From Caldilineaceae bacterium (lineage in GTDB: Bacteria > Chloroflexota > Anaerolineae > Caldilineales > Caldilineaceae), in the NCBI GenBank assembly GCA_024643705.1, contig JAHEML010000003.1:1-24255 (forward strand): a DNA stretch of 24,255 nt, given 5' to 3'. Made by a program: the position numbers and the translations under genes. Under the pieces are notes generated by a model. The model was not told where the DNA came from, ran no database searches, and saw nothing but the letters and a program-made list of their open reading frames with translations. Within the stretch, counting starts at the first letter, position 1. Each line of letters begins with the position of its first letter. Positions 1 through 6,701 of the stretch are shown here, piece by piece.

Positions 1-973
1 GATTGACCGCGACCCAGCCTACTACGCCCTGGTTCATGGGAATACGCATTTCGCGTAGCACGCCACCTGCCTGGCCCGTAGGTACATAGAAGAGCAATTG
101 GTTGTGTCGTTCATCTGTCAGGAAAAGGGTTGCGGCCTGGGATTGGAGTACACGTGCCGTCAATTCGGTTGTTTCTTGCAATACGGCTTCCAAATCCAGG
201 GTGCTGTTGAGCGATTGGCTCACCTGGGCGATCAGATTTGCTTGGTCCAGCCGCTGCTGGGTCATATGCAACTGGCGTTCGCTCTGACCGCTGTCGACAA
301 TCAGGTGGACAAAGCGCGTCAGCGCGCCATAATCGATCTGGTCGGGATGCCAATTCTCCGAAAAGGCTAGGCTAACTCCGCCTTGCAACACGTCGTCGAA
401 ATACAACCGCATGTGCAAGATGGGCAGGTCTTCTTTCCGGCGGCCCACACCTAGATCAAGTTTGCCCCTCGCAATCGGGTGAAATTCGTCAAACTTGCCC
501 GGCTCAATTCCGCGCAATTCGGCGGTGGGCATGTGTTTCAATGCGTCTTGCCAGCGGTGCAAGCGCATCAATCGGCTATGGTCCAAGTCACCAACCCGTA
601 GGTTGATCTCCGGGATTGGCTCGTGGGCCGAGAGTAATAGGATGTTGACGGCATCCAACACCGTATGATGATAGATCACCTCTGCGCACCGTTGCCAATA
701 GGCGTCGATCTTGCCTTGTGCCAGAAGTTGGTTCAACTCTAACACATGTGCAACCAACTCTTGCGCCTGAATAGCAAGGGGTGTATTGGTCGCATTCGAT
801 CTATCAATGTTGTCGACAGTGTTGTCGACAGTGTTGTCGACAGTGTTGTCGACAGTGTTGTCGACGGTGTTGTCGACGGTGTTGTCGACGGTGTTGTCGA
901 CGGTGTTGTTGACGGTGTTGTTGACGGTGGCGTCTGGCTTTTGGGTATTGGGCGATGTTGATAAAGGATCCAT
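1..973 (-). CDS. GAF-domain sensor/signalling protein, 3' end truncated by the window edge; N-terminal (DNTV)n repeat, probable degenerate GAF followed by a canonical GAF
   Basis: Hand translation from ATG at 973 (MDPLSTSPNTQKPDATVNNTV...) is open to base 1, about 324 codons. It includes ANLIAQVSQSLNSTLDLEAVLQETTELTARVLQSQAATLFL...IPMNQGVVGWVAVN, a typical GAF entry helix and GxxGW motif. Absent from the ORF track because the stop lies outside the window. Output domain not visible. Confidence 0.85.
   Translation of the reverse strand, partial: MDPLSTSPNTQKPDATVNNTVNNTVDNTVDNTVDNTVDNTVDNTVDNTVDNTVDNIDRSNATNTPLAIQAQELVAHVLELNQLLAQGKIDAYWQRCAEVIYHHTVLDAVNILLLSAHEPIPEINLRVGDLDHSRLMRLHRWQDALKHMPTAELRGIEPGKFDEFHPIARGKLDLGVGRRKEDLPILHMRLYFDDVLQGGVSLAFSENWHPDQIDYGALTRFVHLIVDSGQSERQLHMTQQRLDQANLIAQVSQSLNSTLDLEAVLQETTELTARVLQSQAATLFLTDERHNQLLFYVPTGQAGGVLREMRIPMNQGVVGWVAVN
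809..928. repeat. 12-bp tandem repeat, 10 units: 4x GTTGTCGACAGT, 4x GTTGTCGACGGT, 2x GTTGTTGACGGT
   Basis: Units read directly at 809, 821, ... 917; encodes (D/N)NTV in the frame of the GAF gene. Confidence 0.98.
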
Positions 974-1117
974 GTTGACAGTCTCTTGTGGATGGGGGAG
1001 GACCGAAGAATCGGGGAGTGTCGTGGCTCTGTCGAGTGTCGATTGTAAAAAGGGTATGTGGCACAATTTTTACAAAAAAGTATAACAATTCCTATAACAG
1101 CCCAATACAAAAGCCCA

Positions 1118-1165
1118 ATACAAAAAGGGTCGTCGAAGATTTCTCTTCGACGACCCTTTTTGTAT
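1118..1165. terminator. Intrinsic terminator downstream of recA, potentially bidirectional
   Basis: Perfect 22-bp inverted repeat ATACAAAAAGGGTCGTCGAAGA (1118-1139) / TCTTCGACGACCCTTTTTGTAT (1144-1165), 4-nt loop, with a T5 tract on each strand. Confidence 0.85.
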
Positions 1166-1176
1166 GACAGACTTTA

Positions 1177-1256
1177 GTAACTGTCCGTAAACAACTTGGG
1201 CGATATGATTCCGGGAATCGTGCCATCAAACCGTGAAGTTAAGAACGGACAGTTAC
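1177..1256. mobile_element. Candidate 80-bp MITE-like element
   Basis: 12-bp terminal inverted repeats GTAACTGTCCGT (1177-1188) / ACGGACAGTTAC (1245-1256), flanked by TTA on both sides (1174-1176, 1257-1259); no coding capacity. Confidence 0.45.
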
Positions 1257-1292
1257 TTATTGTGTGACAGAGAGTCACGCAGGGTGCGTTGG

Positions 1293-2408
1293 CTACGCCG
1301 CATCTTGCAGATCGACCATGTCCTCGCTGTCGTCGTCAGCACTCCCCACGCTGCTGATCTCATCGTCGTCAAGAACGGCAAGGTTCACTGGTAGCCCCCC
1401 GGTTTTGCGAATCAGACCATCGATCTCCTTGGCGATTTCGGGGTTCTCGCCCAGGAAAATCTTGGAATTTTCCCGTCCCTGGCCCAGGCGAGTGTCCTGG
1501 AAACTATAAAAGGCACCACGCTTATCCACAACATCATATTGCACGCCCAGGTCAAGCAGATCGCCGTTTTTGCTGATGCCCTCGTTGTACATAATGTCGA
1601 ATTCGGCCACTTTGAAGGGCGGTGCCACCTTATTCTTGCGGATGGTGACACGTGTCCGGTTGCCAATGACATCACTTCCTTGCTTGATCGATTGGATGCG
1701 TCGGATGTCCATACGCACGCTGGCATAGAACTTCAGCGCCATACCACCAGAAGTTGTCTCTGGGTTGCCAAACATCACGCCGATCTTCTGGCGCAACTGG
1801 TTGGTGAAGATCATGCTGGTTCCACTTGTCTTGACGGCTCCCACGAGCTTGCGCAATGCCTGGCTCATCAGGCGTGCCTGCAAGCCCACATGGCTGTCGC
1901 CCATCTCGCCTTCGATTTCGGCCCGGGGTACCAGGGCGGCCACACTATCGACCACAACCACATCCATCGCCCCAGAGCGAACCAACGCCTCGGTGATCTC
2001 CAGCGCCTGTTCGCCTGTGTCGGGTTGGCTGATGTAGAGATTATCTACATCTACCCCAATCTTGCGGGCATAGGCCGGGTCGAGCGCGTGTTCCACATCG
2101 ACAAAGCCGCACACGCCACCCAATTGCTGGGCTTCTGCAATGATGTGCAGGCAGACTGTCGTCTTGCCCGAACTCTCTGGGCCGTAAATTTCCATAATGC
2201 GCCCTTTGGGGATACCGCCAATGCCAAGAGCGAGGTCCAAACTCAGGCTACCCGTGGGAATCGACTCAATGTCCAGCCGGGTCGCATCGCCCAGCTTCAT
2301 AATAACGCCATCGCCAAATCGACGATTCAGGCCGGCAATGGTTGTTTCTAATGCTTTCAGTTTGCCATTGCTTTCTGTGGATGAAGATGTGGATTTGCTG
2401 CGGGCCAT
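1293..2408 (-). CDS. recA: Recombinase RecA, 371 aa
   Basis: Walker [40 protein letters not shown]. Start moved from the ORF-track 2546 to the ATG at 2408, which has the SD AGGAG just upstream. Confidence 0.99.
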   Translation of the reverse strand: MARSKSTSSSTESNGKLKALETTIAGLNRRFGDGVIMKLGDATRLDIESIPTGSLSLDLALGIGGIPKGRIMEIYGPESSGKTTVCLHIIAEAQQLGGVCGFVDVEHALDPAYARKIGVDVDNLYISQPDTGEQALEITEALVRSGAMDVVVVDSVAALVPRAEIEGEMGDSHVGLQARLMSQALRKLVGAVKTSGTSMIFTNQLRQKIGVMFGNPETTSGGMALKFYASVRMDIRRIQSIKQGSDVIGNRTRVTIRKNKVAPPFKVAEFDIMYNEGISKNGDLLDLGVQYDVVDKRGAFYSFQDTRLGQGRENSKIFLGENPEIAKEIDGLIRKTGGLPVNLAVLDDDEISSVGSADDDSEDMVDLQDAA

Positions 2409-2534
2409 GGTGATTTCTCCTCTGTTGGGTTCCCTGTGTGAGCGAAGGTCGATTCCTGGGAAACTGAATGGAACTTTCCGTCTATTTGTGTACGTTTGAT
2501 CCATGCGCCAGACCCAGGTGTACGGGTATTCACA

Positions 2535-2563
2535 AGTATAGAACACTTGTTCTTGAATGTCAA
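2535..2563 (-). promoter_or_regulatory. sigma70-type recA promoter TTGACA-N17-TATACT
   Basis: Minus strand: TTGACA (2563-2558), 17-bp spacer, TATACT (2540-2535). Confidence 0.85.
2541..2552. promoter_or_regulatory. LexA (SOS) box GAAC-ACTT-GTTC
   Basis: Perfect GAAC-N4-GTTC, the SOS box type of Firmicutes, Actinobacteria and Chloroflexota, lying inside the recA promoter spacer. Confidence 0.9.
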
Positions 2564-2601
2564 CTCCGCTAAAAGAAGAAAATCAAGCGACAACAATTTT
2601 T

Positions 2602-2629
2602 TTGCCATCACTATCTCTGCTGCTATAAT
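2602..2629 (+). promoter_or_regulatory. Divergent sigma70-type promoter TTGCCA-N16-TATAAT with extended -10 (TGn)
   Basis: TTGCCA 2602-2607; TG-C-TATAAT 2621-2629; T-rich tract immediately upstream. Confidence 0.65.
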
Positions 2630-2832
2630 CGCGTCAGCGCCATTAACCCCTTCACCTGCCTCGTCAACACGTTCGGCGGATACAAATCTTCCCTGTTTGT
2701 GTTTCAAGACAAGGCAAATCGCCAGCTCATCGTCACCCATTTCCCACCAGCAAAACGAATACACCATCAACGGAATTAAAATAAGGACTGCCGAATCGGG
2801 CAATCCCCACATTGGTCTCTTCAATACAAAAA

Positions 2833-3168
2833 ATGAGTGTACACCGACGAAAACTTAATCGAGCCTGGGAAACACTACGAGCATTACCGATGCCTGCCAT
2901 TGCAACGGATCGTCTCGTAGACCTGCATGATGATCTTGCCTACTACGACACAGCCATCGCCGAAGAAATGCGCGAATATGTCCGTGGGCGTACGATCGAT
3001 CCAAACCGGGTGCAGATCGACATGGAATTGGAGGACGCTCTGCGTTCCTTCAAGCCGGAAAACTCGGCAGAAGTCGAATGTCGCCGGGAATTTCTGCGCT
3101 ACAAGCGACGCATTGACGACGTGGTGCGCGAACTCATGCGCGCAACACCAGCAACCGTCAAGGTATAG
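2833..3168 (+). CDS. Hypothetical protein, about 111 aa, charged and probably helical
   Basis: ORF MSVHRRKLNRAWETLRAL...ATVKV fills the gap between the divergent promoter and tag, and overlaps the tag stop by 11 bp. No clear SD, so the start is uncertain (2812 TTG, 2833 ATG or 2890 ATG). Confidence 0.7.
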   Translation: MSVHRRKLNRAWETLRALPMPAIATDRLVDLHDDLAYYDTAIAEEMREYVRGRTIDPNRVQIDMELEDALRSFKPENSAEVECRREFLRYKRRIDDVVRELMRATPATVKV

Positions 3169-3763
3169 GGGCTTTGCCCTGCGCACTTGGCGCCTGGTAT
3201 TGGTAACACCCCAAAACGTGATCGTTCGCCATTCCCACGCTCTGCATAAATGCATAGCAAATGGTGGGGCCGACAAAAGTAAAATCGGCCTTGCGCAATG
3301 CTTTGGACAGGGCGCGGGCCACATCGGTTTCCGCAGGAATGGTCTCCGGCGTCAGGGGCATGGCCGGCAGCAGGGGCTTCCCATCAACAAATCGCCATAG
3401 CCAGGCAGAAAATGTGCCATGCTCTTCTACGATGCGTAAGAACGCCTTGGCATTGCGCACAGCGCCCCGCACCTTCAGCCGGTTGCGCACAATCCCCGCA
3501 TCAGCCAACAGGCTGGCGATCTTCTCCTCGCCATAGGCCGCAATCTGGACCGGATCGAAATCATCGAAGGCGCGCCGGAAGTTCTCCCGTTTGTGTAAAA
3601 TCGTCCGCCAGGATAGCCCCGCCTGAAAACACTCCAACAGCAGCCGCTCGAACAGTTCCTGGTCGTCGTAGACAGGTACGCCCCACTCGTTGTCGTGATA
3701 CGCCTGCATCAATTCATCGTCCCCGGCCCAAAAGCAGCGGGAGAGGGTGGTTGTCTCGCTCAT
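3158..3763 (-). CDS. tag: DNA-3-methyladenine glycosylase I
   Basis: RCFW...YHDNEWG, LFERLLLECFQAGLSW, IVRNRLK, FVGPTICYAFMQSVGMANDH...C; Zn-ligand pattern of Tag. Confidence 0.97.
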   Translation of the reverse strand: MSETTTLSRCFWAGDDELMQAYHDNEWGVPVYDDQELFERLLLECFQAGLSWRTILHKRENFRRAFDDFDPVQIAAYGEEKIASLLADAGIVRNRLKVRGAVRNAKAFLRIVEEHGTFSAWLWRFVDGKPLLPAMPLTPETIPAETDVARALSKALRKADFTFVGPTICYAFMQSVGMANDHVLGCYQYQAPSAQGKAPIP

Positions 3764-3798
3764 CTTTAACTTTATCTCCTTTTACTCTCTTTGTGCCT

Positions 3799-5121
3799 TC
3801 ACACATCTCGGTCTATCAAATCCTCGACCGTCTCCCGCCGCTGCACCAGCCGGGCAGTGCCACCGTGCAGCCACACCACCGCAGGGCGTAGCGCGCCGTT
3901 GTAATTGCTGGACATCATCAAATGGTATGCACCGCTCACAGGCACAGCCACCAATTCTCCTGGCTGCACCTCCGCCATCGGCAGGTCTTCTATGAGAACA
4001 TCGCCGCTTTCGCAATAAGGGCCGCCCAGCCATGCCGCATCCAACGCAGGCCGCAAGGGATTTGCCACTGGGAGGGCCGAATAGCGTGCGCCGTAGAGGC
4101 TGGGCCGGATGTTGTCCGCCATGCCGCCATCCAGCAGCAGCCAACGGCGGTTGACCGTCCGTTTCACTGCGCCCACCCGATAGAGCGAAACCCCGCCCAC
4201 CGCCACAATACTGCGGCCCGGCTCGACGTGCAGAATAGGCAACGGTAAATTGTTGGCTGCACAGCCCGCCACCAACTTTGCTGCCAGAAAAGCCACATAC
4301 TCGTCGATGGACGGGTGGGGCAGGTCATCTTCGTGGTAGGGTACCCCCCAGCCGCCGCCGGGTGAAAGGTAGGCCGGTGTCCAGCCGCTCGCATCCCGCA
4401 GTTTGGATAGCAGATCGAGTACCCGCTCCAGTGCCGGGCCGATGGGCCGGGGATCGTGGAAGTGGGAGCCTTGGTGAAAATGGATGCCTGTCAACGAGAG
4501 TCCGTTGGTGTGGCACAGGGCGACGGCCTGGACTGCGTCGGCAAAACCCATGCCAAACTTGCTATCGTCCTGGCCTGTCTGGCGGAAGGCGTGGGTGTCT
4601 ACGGCCACGCCGGGGCGCAAACGCAGCCAAATTTGGGGAAAATCGTTGGTGTCCTTTGCCACTTCTCCGGCCAGCGCGGCCAGATGTTCCAATTCCCACA
4701 GGTTGTCCACCACAATTGTGCCTGCGGTTGTCAGCGCAGCCTGCAAATCTGTGGCCGATTTGTTGACCCCGTGTACAAGAATCTGTTCTCGAGGTACACC
4801 GGCACGGGCTGCAATGTACAATTCCCCTGCTCCAGTGCAATCGATCCAAAGCCCGCGCCCGGCTGCCCAGCGGGCCGCGGCCAGATTCATCAGTGCCTTG
4901 CCCGCATAGGTAATGCCCGCGATGCCAGGGTAGTGGGCGGCCAACGACGAGCGATATTCATCCACCGCGGCATCCAGGCTGGACTGATCGTACACGTACA
5001 ATGGCGTGCCGTATTCCTCGGCCAATTGTGTCAAATCACAGCCGGCGACGGCAAGCTGATCCACCTCATCGACTCGGCGTATTTCGGTCGATTTTGGAAA
5101 GAGTTGTAACCGCTTCTCCAT
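3799..5121 (-). CDS. lysA: Diaminopimelate decarboxylase, 440 aa
   Basis: YGTPLYVYD, YAGKA (PLP Lys), SKFG, HFHQGS, GGGWG, EPGRSIV, GPYCESGD, GAY...MSSNYN. Start set at ATG 5121, which follows the SD GGAG. Confidence 0.96.
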   Translation of the reverse strand: MEKRLQLFPKSTEIRRVDEVDQLAVAGCDLTQLAEEYGTPLYVYDQSSLDAAVDEYRSSLAAHYPGIAGITYAGKALMNLAAARWAAGRGLWIDCTGAGELYIAARAGVPREQILVHGVNKSATDLQAALTTAGTIVVDNLWELEHLAALAGEVAKDTNDFPQIWLRLRPGVAVDTHAFRQTGQDDSKFGMGFADAVQAVALCHTNGLSLTGIHFHQGSHFHDPRPIGPALERVLDLLSKLRDASGWTPAYLSPGGGWGVPYHEDDLPHPSIDEYVAFLAAKLVAGCAANNLPLPILHVEPGRSIVAVGGVSLYRVGAVKRTVNRRWLLLDGGMADNIRPSLYGARYSALPVANPLRPALDAAWLGGPYCESGDVLIEDLPMAEVQPGELVAVPVSGAYHLMMSSNYNGALRPAVVWLHGGTARLVQRRETVEDLIDRDV

Positions 5122-5146
5122 ATATTCTCCGAGCTTCCAGGGGTAT

Positions 5147-5237
5147 TGTATACACGGATAGAAAGAAACACAGATAGAAAGAAACACAAATAGGCAGACA
5201 GAAGCTTTCTCGGTGTTCTTTTCAATCCGTGTATACA
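5147..5237. repeat. Palindromic intergenic element with an internal 16-bp tandem duplication
   Basis: TGTATACACGGAT (5147-5159) / ATCCGTGTATACA (5225-5237) inverted repeat enclosing GATAGAAAGAAACACA x2 (5157-5188). Confidence 0.8.
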
Positions 5238-5281
5238 CAAAAAATGTTCGATGCTTGCCCAAAGTGCCAAGACGTAAGCAC

Positions 5282-6136
5282 TTACAGCACCACCAGCACA
5301 ATCCCGGCCAGCGTGACAACCGCGCCCAGCAAGGTGGCAATGGTAGGTACTTCGTTCAGCAGGATTATGCCCAGTACAATCCCGCCGGTTACCTCTTGGG
5401 TGGCAATCAGATTAACCACCGTGGCACTGATGCGGCGCAGAGCGGCATTGTAGAGAGTGTGTCCCAACGCCAAAGGCAACACGCCCAACGCCACAACGCT
5501 GATTATGGCAGGCCAGGTGTAGCCAGCGGGCGAAAAGTTGGCAACAGCCGCGGGCAGAAGCCAGACAGCGCCGATGGTGTAGACACTCCCAGCATAGGCG
5601 ATCAGCGAAAAGCGCTCCCGCTGGCTACGCCCTGCCACACTGTACATGCCAAAACAGATCGCGCTGCCCACGGCCAAGCCGTCGCCGATGAGCATCCGGG
5701 GGGTTAGGGCTGGCTCGAAACCGGCCAACACCCCCACACCCACCACCGCCAACCCAATGCCTATCCACTTGCGCAGACTGAGGGACTCGTGGAGAAAGAG
5801 CCAGGAAAAGATGGCAACAAAAATTGGCGCTGTATAGACAAGCGCCAATGCGTGGGCAATCGTTGTATAGTCTAGAGCTGCGATGTAGAGAGCGAAATGC
5901 AGGGCAGTGATCAGGCCATAGAAGGCAAAGCGTGCCCAGTCTTGGCGGGCTGGCAACCTCTCGCCACGTGCCAGTGCGATCCCGCCCACCAGCAGGGCCG
6001 CAACAATCAGCCGACCAGCAGCAATTTCGTAGGCAGAAAGGCTATGGGCAGCCCAGCGGATAAGGACAGGGCTTGTGCTAAACAGCAGGACGGCCAGCGC
6101 CACAAATCCGATACCACGACGCTCTTCGCTGCTCAC
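5282..6136 (-). CDS. EamA/DMT-family inner-membrane transporter, 284 aa
   Basis: About 10 hydrophobic segments in two repeats; YTAPIFVAIFSWLFLHE and LLNEVPT motifs typical of EamA; GTG start. Confidence 0.92.
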   Translation of the reverse strand: MSSEERRGIGFVALAVLLFSTSPVLIRWAAHSLSAYEIAAGRLIVAALLVGGIALARGERLPARQDWARFAFYGLITALHFALYIAALDYTTIAHALALVYTAPIFVAIFSWLFLHESLSLRKWIGIGLAVVGVGVLAGFEPALTPRMLIGDGLAVGSAICFGMYSVAGRSQRERFSLIAYAGSVYTIGAVWLLPAAVANFSPAGYTWPAIISVVALGVLPLALGHTLYNAALRRISATVVNLIATQEVTGGIVLGIILLNEVPTIATLLGAVVTLAGIVLVVL

Positions 6137-6207
6137 GCACAGTACTCACTTTGAGAATGGCGACAAATTGGTCCCAATGGTTAGGCAGCTATTCGCCCGC
6201 CGGTCGA

Positions 6208-6336
6208 CTACACGCCCGCTGTTAACAACGCTGCAACCGAGCCAAGCACCATACTGATGATAATGAGCAAGCTCAGAACGTAGAATATCTTCTCGCTGCG
6301 TGTAAATTTCTTGCGGCGACTATTGTTACGGCTCAT
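6208..6336 (-). CDS. Small single-TM membrane protein, 42 aa: MSRNNSRRKKFTRSEKIFYVLSLLIIISMVLGSVAALLTAGV
   Basis: Hand translation; SD GGAG 6 nt before ATG 6336; TAG at 6208-6210; basic N-terminus followed by one hydrophobic helix. Below the ORF-track size cutoff. Confidence 0.8.
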   Translation of the reverse strand: MSRNNSRRKKFTRSEKIFYVLSLLIIISMVLGSVAALLTAGV

Positions 6337-6523
6337 GTCAAACTCCATTGAAAAAGAAAGGGCGCGAATGTCAAAAGTATATCATAGAAGCCGCACATGC
6401 AAGTAATTCAAGCCATTTCGCCTGGTGGATTCGGCACAACACACGTGCCTGCTTCCAATTGCTCCCGACCAAAAGAGTAGCTGTCGCCGCCTGGGAAGAT
6501 CAGGGGCAAGGGTTTGGGCCACT

Positions 6524-6566
6524 ACTGGTGGTCGAGACTGGTGGTCGAGACTGGTGGTCGAGACTG
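6524..6566. repeat. 13-bp tandem repeat ACTGGTGGTCGAG x3 plus partial ACTG
   Basis: Exact copies at 6524, 6537 and 6550, in the divergent intergenic region upstream of mazG. Confidence 0.95.
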
Positions 6567-6628
6567 AGAGTGCGCAGCGCAGCGCTACTCCCTTCAGCCC
6601 AATATATAATCATTCCGGGCAACGCGCT

Positions 6629-6658
6629 TTGCCGCCAGCGTCGTAATTGTGCTACCAT
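6629..6658 (+). promoter_or_regulatory. Putative mazG promoter TTGCCG-N18-TACCAT with extended -10
   Basis: TTGCCG 6629-6634; TG-C-TACCAT 6650-6658; ends 43 nt before the ATG. Confidence 0.45.
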
Positions 6659-6701
6659 GCGCGTCAGTTGATGAAAAACACACTACGTTCAGGATTTTCG
6701 A

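Noticed and set aside
98-370. Plus-strand 90-aa ORF
   Set aside because: Antisense shadow of the GAF gene.
809-928. CRISPR array
   Set aside because: Units are 12 bp and directly adjacent with no unique spacers; no cas genes in the window.
739-1110. ORF-track proteins with (STTP)n, (RQHR)n, (VDGV)n and (STVL)n repeats
   Set aside because: Alternative frames of the stop-free tandem repeat. Only the DNTV frame continues into a recognisable GAF protein.
5122-5281. Lysine riboswitch upstream of lysA
   Set aside because: The minus-strand leader lacks the AGAGG(U/C)GC start and other L-box hallmarks; the region is explained by a palindrome with an internal duplication. An Rfam scan would be decisive.
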